A stretch of 24,956 nt of DNA from a virus. Its lineage: Duplodnaviria; Heunggongvirae; Uroviricota; Caudoviricetes. The notes under the pieces are model-generated. The model saw nothing but the letters and a program-made list of their open reading frames with translations. It was not told the DNA's origin and did not search any database. Shown here one piece after another: positions 1-8,186 of this stretch. Position numbers and translations under genes: made by a program. Position 1 is the stretch's first letter, and each line of letters begins with the position of its first letter. The stretch lies in IMG/VR virus record IMGVR_UViG_2923292180_000001. One strand, given 5' to 3'.

Positions 1-19
1 CTATTTGATAAATATTAAA

Positions 20-1315
20 TTAATTTTTCATTGCTTCGTTATGGGGCATGGTTGGGGCAAACTCGCTTAACTGTGTATTTAACAAAGCTACCTGTGCATT
101 ATTGTTTTCAGACATCCATTTTCCGTATACCTGAAATACCATTTGCGCATCTGCATGGCCCATCTGGTTTGCTATAAATGCCGGGTTAGCACCAGCTGTC
201 AGCGACCAGCAGGCATAAGTATGTCTCGACTGATATGATTTTCGATGGCGGAGTCCGGCACGTTTTATCGCTGCGTCCCACATCTGCCTTATTGAGTCAA
301 CGGTAAAATGGTCACCATAATTTTTTACTCTCGCTGACACTTCAGGTTGAAAAACAAAGGTGCATTTTTGTTTTTCTGTTCTGCCATACTCTCTGAGGTG
401 AACATCAATGATATGCTCTTTGCTCAGTCTCGTTAATGTCATCTGACTCCGGAGAGCGTCGATTGCTGGCTTAATAAGATGAATGACCCGATTGGTTCCC
501 GCCTGTGTTTTTGGTACCGTGAAACGGTCTTTTGCTAAATTTCTCCTGATCATCATTGTTCCATTTTTCAGATCTATGTCCTCCCATCCAAGTGCACACA
601 GCTCACCAGGGCGAACTCCAGTATAAACAGAAACACACCATAAATTTTTTGCTTGCTGATTTCTGCACGCATCGATAAGACGGATAAATTCTTCCCGCGA
701 AAGAGGATCCGGAATGGTTCTTGATTCCTTTAATGGCGAGATCCCCTTAAACGGATTATCTGCCAGGTAACCGTTATCAACACCAAACTGGAACACGGCG
801 TTAAGATTTGTCATGTAATTATTTACAGTTACAGCCGATCTCCCTGGTTGTGTAACAATATAGTTACTTTTGGGGATCTGGTATCCAGTCAGTAACTCTT
901 TACGAACCTCCAGTAATTTTTCTTTATTAATCGATGAGGCAAGATTTTTTTCACCGATTATGCTCAGGATATTTTTGATGACGGCACGGTATGTGTTGAG
1001 TGATGTTTTGGCGACTTCAGTTTCTTTCAGTGCCAGAAATTTTTCAGCCAGTTCTTTTATGGTTAAATCTTGTCGGGCCTCACCAAATTTTTCCAGATTG
1101 CGTGAGGAGGGAAACTGTTTTGCATAGTCGAAAACACCAGTTTTTATTGCGTAACAAACAGAGGAGCGTAGTTCACCTGCAACGCGCCTGTTTTTTGCTG
1201 TGTCAGGAACCCCCAGATTTTCCCTGACTCTTACGTCTTTATAAACAAACCAGATACGTAATTTCCCTCCATGGTTTTCCACGCCTGTCGGATATTTCAT
1301 TTCAACTTCTCTCAT
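20..1315 (-). CDS. Phage-type tyrosine integrase (site-specific recombinase), apparently full length
   Basis: 431-aa ORF at the prophage edge; C-terminal region has the R...H..R...Y pattern of tyrosine recombinases (..SRHTYACW..HADAQMVFQVYGKWM..); an excisionase-like gene lies immediately upstream on the same strand. Confidence 0.85.
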   Translation of the reverse strand: MREVEMKYPTGVENHGGKLRIWFVYKDVRVRENLGVPDTAKNRRVAGELRSSVCYAIKTGVFDYAKQFPSSRNLEKFGEARQDLTIKELAEKFLALKETEVAKTSLNTYRAVIKNILSIIGEKNLASSINKEKLLEVRKELLTGYQIPKSNYIVTQPGRSAVTVNNYMTNLNAVFQFGVDNGYLADNPFKGISPLKESRTIPDPLSREEFIRLIDACRNQQAKNLWCVSVYTGVRPGELCALGWEDIDLKNGTMMIRRNLAKDRFTVPKTQAGTNRVIHLIKPAIDALRSQMTLTRLSKEHIIDVHLREYGRTEKQKCTFVFQPEVSARVKNYGDHFTVDSIRQMWDAAIKRAGLRHRKSYQSRHTYACWSLTAGANPAFIANQMGHADAQMVFQVYGKWMSENNNAQVALLNTQLSEFAPTMPHNEAMKN

Positions 1316-1334
1316 TAGTTAGTGTGGCTTTTAG

Positions 1335-1586
1335 TCAAGTAAGATGACGTCTTGGTCTCGCTGATGCCTGGCGCTCAATCCAGCGATCAATTTCTTCCAG
1401 GTTGTAAAAGCATGGACTGTTATCCCATGGCATACCGTCATGAGCGACATGCTTATATTCCCTTCCTTCCATAAACGATTTTTCCCGGGCCTTTTTTAAC
1501 GTACCTTTTTTTATTCCTTTCAGCGCAATTAACTGCTCTTCGGATACCCATTTGCCGGGAGAGACAATCATGATTACTTCGCTCAT
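1335..1586 (-). CDS. Excisionase-like small DNA-binding protein
   Basis: 83-aa ORF 20 bp upstream of the integrase, same strand; basic; resembles lambdoid-prophage Xis-like proteins from memory (MSEVIMIV..GREYKHV..IDRWI). Confidence 0.6.
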   Translation of the reverse strand: MSEVIMIVSPGKWVSEEQLIALKGIKKGTLKKAREKSFMEGREYKHVAHDGMPWDNSPCFYNLEEIDRWIERQASARPRRHLT

Positions 1587-1658
1587 CGATTTCTTTATCT
1601 CTTACATCAGACGAGCGCCGGTTGCAGAATACCAGTCACAACCGGCGACAGTTGAACA

Positions 1659-3692
1659 TTAAGAATCAGCCTGACTCGGGATCAGTTTTTGCCAGATAAC
1701 TGAAACGTATTTTGCCTGGTAACGGGCGTCATCAAGTGCATTATGGCGCTCACCTTCGAATGGAATAGCCGTTCTGGCATCGAAGTCTATGGCTTTCCCC
1801 AGCTCAACGATTGTGCGTACATCGCGATCGTTGTAGTAACGCCACGGGCAGGGGATCCCCTGCCGTTCGTATGAACGGCGCAAAATCGTGTTGTCGAAGT
1901 TGGCTCCATTTCCCCAAACCTGAACAAAAAATTCACCGGAGTTTTCGTCGATAAATTCTCGCAATTGTAACAGTGCATCATCTAACGGGATTTCATCGGT
2001 CATAATGGCAGATTGCGCTTCGCGTGATTGCTTAAGCCACCATTTAATGGTGTCCCGATCAATGACTCCGCCAGCAGTTTCCAGATCGATAGTCTTACTA
2101 AATTCCGGTCCCATATCTCCGGTTTGCGGATCGAAAAATATTGCACCTATTGAGATGATCGGGGCATCAGGATTTTTTCCCATGGTTTCAAGGTCGATCA
2201 TTAGATGGTCACACGTCCTGCTGGTGGATGTGATTTCGTGATGACCGTTCACCTTAATTGGGTGATCTGCCGTCTCGCCAGTTTCATTATCGCTATTGTG
2301 ATGCTGATTGCCGCCAGTGTTCTCCTTGTGTGGATGTTCAGCGCCTTCCATTTCCTCCGGATCATCTTCCTGAACTTCAACCTGATACTCTTCATCGAAT
2401 GTTTCTTGGTATGTTGCGTCGCCCATCACCGCGCCACAATCAGGGCAGTTGCCGCCGCCGGTCTGACCGCAGGCGGTGCAGACTTTTTCCACTTCCTGTT
2501 GCGCTACTGGTTCAGGCTGTTTCGTTTCTGGCTCGTTTTGTAACGCATTTGGACTGTTTTGTTCCGCTTTTTGGTAGTTCCGTTCCGATTCATGCTGGTT
2601 CTGGTTCACAGAATCGCGGGTCTGGAGCCCCTTAACCCATTTCGGATCATTCGGGTCACTAATCCCTTCAACAAATTCACCACGTGATGCAGCAAGCAAC
2701 TTATCGGCGTCAGGCTGGCTGATATTGGCTGCCTGCATAATTTTGTTTACTTCGTCAGCGGTAACTTTTATCGGCTCTGGTTGTTCTGAATCTTCAGCGG
2801 TATCTACATTTTGCGGTAAGCCCGTGTATGTGCCATTTTTTCGGGCAAAATATTCTTCTTTTGTGATTTCAGTGGCGCCAGCAGCCAGTGCCTTATCCAG
2901 ACCAGAGAGTTTGTTTGCGCGACCGTATTTTTCTCCGTCCTTATCTGCGAAGAGGAAATAGAACGGCCCCTCACGCTCTACAGATGGTTCAGCTTCCGGC
3001 GCGGTTTCATTTTTTGGGATATCAGATACCTCAGTTTCCACTGCATCAGTTTGTGTTTCTGATGACTGGAGAACATCAACAGTGCCCAGGTCTGTTTCTT
3101 CATTCTCAAACACGCCCTTTGTCGTCAGGTATTCGCAGATATATTTGTTCAGTGCTACGGGATCTTTGTGAATGTCGATCGGACGCTCACGGACAAGGCC
3201 AAAAATAGTTTGGCGGTCGTAGCGAAGGGCATCAGGCTGTTTGCGCATTGATGCCGAGATACGCTTCCAGTCTTCGCGGTCGTTGTCGATAACTTCTTTT
3301 TTTGCCCAGCGATGGATGCTGCCGTCAATGTTTCCGGCATCCACATCACTAGGCCAGAGAGCGTAGGCCAGTTCGTCATCCAGTGTTTTCCATGTCTGCT
3401 TGTATTCGCGATGAATGGCAGCAATGACCGGGCTGATTTTTCCTGTTGAATTTTCAGTGTACTGTTGATTGGCTCTGGCGCGGGCGAGATCAACAACAGA
3501 CGTGTATTTTCCGGTTTCCTTGCGTTCACCTTCGCGACGTTTTTTCCAGATGCGCATCTCTGCCTGAATTTCGGGCCATTTAGCACCAGGAATACATTTA
3601 TGCTTAACCCACCCAATGGCGTGCAACTTAAGCTCCGGATACGGGTTATTCCCCTCTGAACAGGCGCGTAAGGACTGGCAAAACGCCCGCAA
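1659..3692 (-). CDS. RecE-like (exodeoxyribonuclease VIII-like) protein with C-terminal DEDDh (DnaQ-like) 3'-5' exonuclease domain
   Basis: 677-aa ORF. C-terminal region carries Exo I (MIDLETMG), Exo II (WGNGANFDNTIL) and Exo III (HNALDDARYQ) motifs; central acidic His-rich low-complexity linker; CxxC-x8-CxxC zinc ribbon (CTACGQTGGGNCPDCG); middle segment (DKLLAASRGEFVEGISDPNDPKWVKG) resembles RecE from memory. Confidence 0.75.
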   Translation of the reverse strand: MRAFCQSLRACSEGNNPYPELKLHAIGWVKHKCIPGAKWPEIQAEMRIWKKRREGERKETGKYTSVVDLARARANQQYTENSTGKISPVIAAIHREYKQTWKTLDDELAYALWPSDVDAGNIDGSIHRWAKKEVIDNDREDWKRISASMRKQPDALRYDRQTIFGLVRERPIDIHKDPVALNKYICEYLTTKGVFENEETDLGTVDVLQSSETQTDAVETEVSDIPKNETAPEAEPSVEREGPFYFLFADKDGEKYGRANKLSGLDKALAAGATEITKEEYFARKNGTYTGLPQNVDTAEDSEQPEPIKVTADEVNKIMQAANISQPDADKLLAASRGEFVEGISDPNDPKWVKGLQTRDSVNQNQHESERNYQKAEQNSPNALQNEPETKQPEPVAQQEVEKVCTACGQTGGGNCPDCGAVMGDATYQETFDEEYQVEVQEDDPEEMEGAEHPHKENTGGNQHHNSDNETGETADHPIKVNGHHEITSTSRTCDHLMIDLETMGKNPDAPIISIGAIFFDPQTGDMGPEFSKTIDLETAGGVIDRDTIKWWLKQSREAQSAIMTDEIPLDDALLQLREFIDENSGEFFVQVWGNGANFDNTILRRSYERQGIPCPWRYYNDRDVRTIVELGKAIDFDARTAIPFEGERHNALDDARYQAKYVSVIWQKLIPSQADS

Positions 3693-3711
3693 AAAACTCT
3701 CGAGGGCAAAG

Positions 3712-3882
3712 GTGAAGAAACCTGCTGTGGTTGATCCGGACCTTATCTGGTCATCACCTGACGGAGAAATACGTCGCTACGACAGTCGCCTAAACATAAT
3801 CTGTCGCGAGTGCCGGAAGAGCGAAGTTATGCAGCGCATACTGGCTTTCTATCAGGGTAATTTTCAGGACGTGGCGCAGTGA
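3712..3882 (+). CDS. Small hypothetical protein (about 56 aa from GTG at 3712), coupled to the downstream methyltransferase remnant
   Basis: Open frame 3616..3882; GTG at 3712 is the first start that does not overlap the divergent exonuclease gene; its stop TGA (3880-3882) overlaps the GTG start of the next ORF (GTGA). Start choice uncertain. Confidence 0.3.
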   Translation: MKKPAVVDPDLIWSSPDGEIRRYDSRLNIICRECRKSEVMQRILAFYQGNFQDVAQ

Positions 3883-4325
3883 GTGCACCGGCAACCATTC
3901 TTGATATGTGCTGTGGCAGCCGCATGTTCTGGTTCGATAAGTCTGACGAACGGGCGATATTCAGCGATATCAGAAAAGAAGGATACACATTACGCAATGG
4001 GAGACGCTTGATTATCAGCCCTGACATTATCGCAGATTTTCGTGCATTATCATTTGCAGACGCATCTTTTTCGATGGTTGTATTAGACCCTCCGCATCTT
4101 GAGAGTGTTGGTGATAACGCCTGGATGGGAAAGAAATATGGACGGCTGAATAAAGATGCCTGGCGTGATGATTCGCGACAGAGATTTAAAGAAGCCTTTC
4201 GGGTGTTGAGGCCGCACGGCGTTCTGATTTTTTAATGGAATGAAACGCAAATACCGGTAAGCCAGATTCTGGCACTGACAGACAGAAAACCTGTTATCTG
4301 TCAACGAACAGGGAAAAAACGATAA
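3879..4325 (+). pseudogene. SAM-dependent DNA methyltransferase remnant (DPPH motif) broken by an in-frame TAA
   Basis: 118-aa ORF with a glycine-rich SAM-binding-like segment (LDMCCGS) and catalytic-type motif VVLDPPHL; in-frame TAA at 4233-4235 is followed by 29 further sense codons (WNETQIPVSQILALTDRKPVICQRTGKKR) ending at 4325. Confidence 0.55.
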
Positions 4326-4497
4326 AACCCACTGGATTATTTTTATGAAAGAGGCATCCAGTGAGTAGATTCGTAAGGCTACAGATACGTATATCTGAAT
4401 AATTAAATTCAGTTCTGTAAATAAAATTTAATCCTTAACCGGATGGATTTCTGCACCCTCAGAACATCAGGAGGCCGCCCGAAAGGGCGGTAGTGAA

Positions 4498-4680
4498 ATG
4501 CGAAAGTTCAAAATTATTATTGAAACGGGAATAGCTGGTGGAGATTTTGAGGATGTATTCGAAGTGGACGATGACGCAACACCTGAGGAAATTCATGACG
4601 GAGCATAAGAAATTTTCTTTAACTACTGCAATTACTCATACCACGAAATAAAAGACGATGAGGAAGAACAAAGTGGCTGA
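4498..4680 (+). pseudogene. Short ORF broken by an in-frame TAA (35 codons, TAA, 23 codons); possible decayed prophage gene
   Basis: ATG 4498; MRKFKIIIETGIAGGDFEDVFEVDDDATPEEIHDGA, TAA at 4606-4608, then EIFFNYCNYSYHEIKDDEEEQSG and TGA at 4678-4680; preceded by AGGAGG plus an 18-nt GAAA-loop hairpin. Confidence 0.3.
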
Positions 4681-4845
4681 TTTTTGTTAAGCTAAATATA
4701 ACATCAGTTTTGAAGAGCGGGATGAACTATTAATGGACTATGGTGAGTTACGCGGTGGAAGTGCTGCTGATGTCGAATCCTAGCGTGATGACTATGAAGC
4801 GGGAAAAACTCCGGTCGAAGCATATTGTGATGAGTGGGGCGATGA

Positions 4846-5133
4846 ATGAGCGAGATTAATTATCAGGAAGGGCATGAAACGGCGGGGCAAGCAAAACCAG
4901 TGGCATGGCGATATCGCTACGTGAAAAAAGGCGTTACGGACTTTCAGGGGAAGTAGTGGTCTGGTGACTGGAAATATGTACCGAAAAAAGAGGATTGTAA
5001 CGACAGGCCGAACTATCAAATTCAGGCCTTATTCACTGCCTCACCAGTCCCAGTTACATCAGAAGAACTGGTTAAAGCTGTGCACTTTTATGAACAACTA
5101 AAACGCGAAAATCCACCAACATCCGGCAACTAG
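4846..5133 (+). pseudogene. Hypothetical prophage ORF (95 codons) broken by a single in-frame amber codon
   Basis: ATG 4846; 36 sense codons (MSEINYQEGHETAGQAKPVAWRYRYVKKGVTDFQGK), TAG at 4954-4956, then 58 sense codons in the same frame (WSGDWKYVPKKEDCNDRPNYQIQALF...ENPPTSGN) to TAG at 5131-5133. Confidence 0.4.
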
Positions 5134-5387
5134 ATTAATGGATTAACTATGTCGGTTAAACGACCAGCCAACTGAAAAAGCGGAAACCTGATTACAGGTT
5201 GCCAGATAAGGCAATGAGCTACCTGGCGCGGAACGGACTGATAAGTATGGGGAATGTTTTACGATGAACCTTTAGACTAAAGAGTTTGTAACGCTATGTA
5301 AGTGATTTTTTCTGGTTTAGATATTTATATGTCCGGCCAAATTGAGGTGTGTTTAAATGTAATTGCACATTGATTGTAGGAGGAATA

Positions 5388-5567
5388 ATGAAAAACGCAT
5401 TGCAGTTTTTGTTTGTTGCGTTCTGGTTGTTCGCATCATGTATGCCCATCATCTTCACAGCAAGGTATATGGAAAAAGTTGATGTTTTGATATTAATATT
5501 TGGATATATAAATGCCCTTTTTTTAGGGGTGTTCATGGCGGTCATGTGCATTGAATACTGGCGGTAA
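5388..5567 (+). CDS. Small hydrophobic protein (59 aa, two predicted transmembrane segments) in an AT-rich islet
   Basis: ATG 5388 preceded by SD-like TAGGAGGA at 5377-5384; product MKNALQFLFVAFWLFASCMPIIFTARYMEKVDVLILIFGYINALFLGVFMAVMCIEYWR; surrounding DNA is markedly AT-rich. Confidence 0.45.
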   Translation: MKNALQFLFVAFWLFASCMPIIFTARYMEKVDVLILIFGYINALFLGVFMAVMCIEYWR

Positions 5568-5840
5568 ATACAGCGAACTCCATTGGTTTAGTTGGATATT
5601 TACTGTGCTGGACAAAAACGGTTTGCGGGGAAATCTTAGTTAAGTAGAATGACTGCGGGTGCTTGAGGCTATCTGCCTCGGGCATGGACACCAACGGCAG
5701 ATAGAGAAAAGCCCCAGTTAACATTACGCGTCCTGCAAGACGCTTAACATTAATCTGAGGCCAATTTCATGCTAGACACATGTAGGTTAGCCTCTTACGT
5801 GCCGAAAGGCACGGAGAAGCAGGCTATTGTTAACACCAAG

Positions 5841-7458
5841 CTGTAATGTCCCCTTTGAACCATTCTAAAATGTCCCCAGACAATTCTCTGGGGGATTTTT
5901 CATGATCAAAGAGACTGTTACGATGAGTCATAAGGAACTCCACCGACTTCAGATTATTCAGGAACAAGCTGCGGCACGCATTGGCATTTCTATTCGGCAG
6001 GTTAAACGTCTGGTGCAACGGTATAGAAATGAAGGGCCTTCTGGTCTGGTTTCCCACCGACGTGGAAAGCGTCCTAATAATTCCTTTTCTACTGAATTCA
6101 GAGCAACAGTAATTTCACTCCTCAAAGGCCGTTACGCTGATTTTGGACCTACGTTTGCGTGCGAAAAATTGCGCGAGATACACGGTTTATCTTTATCCGT
6201 TGAAACTCTCAGAAAGTGGATGATAGAAGAGGGGTTATGGCGTGAACGCCGTCGTAAAATTGCCCGTATATATCAACGCCGCATGCGACGACCATCTTAC
6301 GGTGAACTGATCCAGATTGATGGCTCACCTCATGACTGGTTTGAAAATCGAGGCCCCAGATGTACACTGATCGTTTTCATTGATGATGCCACCAGTGCGT
6401 TGATGGCGTTGCGTTTTGTGCCTGCTGAAACAACCCGGGCTTACATGGAAACCCTCCGGGGTTACCTTAATGATCATGGCGTACCGCTCGCTCTCTACTC
6501 TGATAGACACAGTATATTCAGGGTAAATAACCCAGAGCGGGAAGGTGAGCTGACCCAGTTCACTCGTGCGATAAAGACACTGGGCATCGAGCCAATCCAT
6601 GCCAACAGCCCGCAGGCAAAAGGGCGGGTAGAGCGCGCCAATCAGACACTACAGGACAGGCTGGTCAAAGAAATGCGGCTTCAGAATATCAGTGATATTG
6701 AAACAGCAAATGCATGGTTGCCGACCTTTATTGAAGCCTATAACAACCGGTTCGCTACGTCGCCTCGTACTACTGATAATGCTCATCTTGATGTGCACCA
6801 TTCTGAAGAGGAACTGGGTTATATCTTCAGCCTACAGGCGAAGCGCGTTCTGTCTAAAAATCTCACTTTCCAGTACAAAAGCAGTGCGTTTCAGGTACGC
6901 AGTGAGGGCCGGGGATATCGACTTAGGCATTCGGTTGTTACTGTATGCGAGAACTTTGACGGTGAAATTAACGTTCTGTATGACGGGAAAGCGCTGGGCT
7001 GGGAAAAGTATGTTGATGGCCCGGAGCCTATACCACTGGATGATGAAAAGAGTGTCCATGAACGAGTGGATAATGCCCGTATTGATTTACGCTCAAAATA
7101 CTATGTTAAACCTAAAGCTGACCATCCCTGGCTTACGCGCCGAACGCAAAGTCATCAGCAAGTTAAGCCCCCGAAGTTACCTAAAAAGAAGCCTGATCCC
7201 GATAAAAAAGATTGAAACCAAGATCGATTCGGTTGAGTGCATATCCATTCATAGGGTAGATTCTTAAGTCGCGTTTCTGGTGTTCATTTTCGGGTGGTTT
7301 GTTACTTGTTTTACCGGGGATATGCCAGAAACGCGCTGAGTCAGTCTGGGCGGTGCGCGTAATGAGGCGTTATGGTAAATAGCCTATGCTAATGTCCGCT
7401 AAGAGCAAGAAGCGGAAGTTGGCAGTTTTGTGGACTGTCCCCACAAAAGTGACTACAG
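5841..7458 (+). mobile_element. Insertion sequence carrying the ISNCY-like transposase; boundaries approximate
   Basis: Single transposase ORF flanked by non-coding arms with short palindromes (CCCCAGA..TCTGGGG near 5875-5893; TTTGTGG..CCACAAA near 7427-7449). No convincing terminal inverted repeats or target duplication could be defined by eye. Confidence 0.3.
5902..7215 (+). CDS. DDE (rve-type) transposase, ISNCY/IS1202-like
   Basis: 437-aa ORF with N-terminal helix-turn-helix (ISIRQVKRLVQRY) and integrase-core signature (..DGSPHDWF.., ..YSDRHSIF.., ..SPQAKGRVERANQTLQD..). Family assignment is from memory. Confidence 0.75.
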   Translation: MIKETVTMSHKELHRLQIIQEQAAARIGISIRQVKRLVQRYRNEGPSGLVSHRRGKRPNNSFSTEFRATVISLLKGRYADFGPTFACEKLREIHGLSLSVETLRKWMIEEGLWRERRRKIARIYQRRMRRPSYGELIQIDGSPHDWFENRGPRCTLIVFIDDATSALMALRFVPAETTRAYMETLRGYLNDHGVPLALYSDRHSIFRVNNPEREGELTQFTRAIKTLGIEPIHANSPQAKGRVERANQTLQDRLVKEMRLQNISDIETANAWLPTFIEAYNNRFATSPRTTDNAHLDVHHSEEELGYIFSLQAKRVLSKNLTFQYKSSAFQVRSEGRGYRLRHSVVTVCENFDGEINVLYDGKALGWEKYVDGPEPIPLDDEKSVHERVDNARIDLRSKYYVKPKADHPWLTRRTQSHQQVKPPKLPKKKPDPDKKD

Positions 7459-7610
7459 AAATAGTTGCAATTCATAATTGATCATGGGTTGTCAGTTAAA
7501 CTCGTGGCGATTTAAATAGACTAATTGGGAGTGCGTCCATTACTTATATCTTGTAATGTTAACTATCAGAAATGATACAAAGATAATATGTCTTTAAAGA
7601 AAAGGCTGAT

Positions 7611-7637
7611 GGCGAAAAGTGGCCCGATGAGGGCCAC
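7611..7637 (-). terminator. Rho-independent terminator downstream of flxA
   Basis: Perfect 7-bp stem GTGGCCC/GGGCCAC (7619-7625, 7631-7637) with 5-nt loop, followed on the minus-strand transcript by UUUUCGCC; 15 bp beyond the flxA stop. Confidence 0.55.
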
Positions 7638-7651
7638 AATACGGCTGTCAC

Positions 7652-7984
7652 TTAGACGTAAATATCAATGGTGCCAGCGGTATTTGTATCGTCTTTTTTC
7701 TCTTCTTTTTTATCAGGCTGAACTGTCGCGTCTTCATTCTTTTTCTCTGCCTGCTGCCTTAACAACTGCTCCAGTTGAGCCCAGAGGCTTTCAATTTGCT
7801 TCTGTACCAATGCAGCCATTTCTTTTTTCTGCTGTGTCGTCATCCCCTCTTCCGATGAGATTTTCCCAAGCTTTTCAGTCAGCACCTGAATTTGTCTTGT
7901 GATTTTGGCTATTTCTGATGTTCCTTCCGGGGCGGAGTTGTTTGAAATAACGGTTGAGGTATTTCCCTGAATTGTGACAGACAT
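7652..7984 (-). CDS. flxA: FlxA (sigma-28-dependent prophage protein)
   Basis: 110-aa product MSVTIQGNTSTVISNNSAPEG...TIDIYV recognised as FlxA; a canonical sigma-28 promoter lies immediately upstream. Confidence 0.9.
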   Translation of the reverse strand: MSVTIQGNTSTVISNNSAPEGTSEIAKITRQIQVLTEKLGKISSEEGMTTQQKKEMAALVQKQIESLWAQLEQLLRQQAEKKNEDATVQPDKKEEKKDDTNTAGTIDIYV

Positions 7985-8006
7985 AGATTTCTCCTTTTAA
8001 AAAAGC

Positions 8007-8033
8007 ACTATCGGCATGCACAAAAAAATCTTT
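8007..8033 (-). promoter_or_regulatory. Sigma-28 (FliA) promoter of flxA
   Basis: Minus-strand sequence TAAAGATT-N11-GCCGATAG (-35 at 8026-8033, -10 at 8007-8014) matches the FliA consensus TAAAGTTT-N11-GCCGATAA with correct spacing; sits 23-49 bp upstream of the flxA ATG. Confidence 0.75.
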
Positions 8034-8186
8034 AATCGTATTTCTTGTGTCATTAATTGTTTGATGTTCAGATTGTTTTCCTCGCGGGCTGGCGCGCCTC
8101 AGAAAGTAAAGCTTGTTGACAGGGGTAAACGTTCGGCAATAATTTTCTGCCGCATGCGGGTGTTGCATAAAACGTGTTACGTTCCT

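Noticed and set aside
1-19. Weak similarity between the window start (CTATTTGATAAA) and CTATCTGAAAAA near 23613 as possible att direct repeats
   Set aside because: Too short and imperfect to call; the true left att site is probably outside the window.
2005-3208. Several plus-strand ORFs of 78-125 aa inside the exonuclease gene
   Set aside because: Overlapping antisense frames within a well-supported long ORF; no ribosome-binding sites or motifs.
3155-3709. 184-aa minus-strand ORF overlapping the exonuclease 5' region
   Set aside because: Alternative frame of the exonuclease gene with no motifs; the 677-aa frame carries the recognisable domains.
5790-5815. GTGCC-GAAA-GGCAC hairpin resembling the cspA-type GCCGAAAGGC upstream box
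   Set aside because: Lies in the presumed left arm of the IS, not upstream of any cold-shock gene; likely part of the IS end structure or coincidental.
6692-7267. 191-aa plus-strand ORF in a second frame of the transposase gene
   Set aside because: Overlaps the 3' half of the transposase in an alternative frame; hydrophobic low-complexity product.
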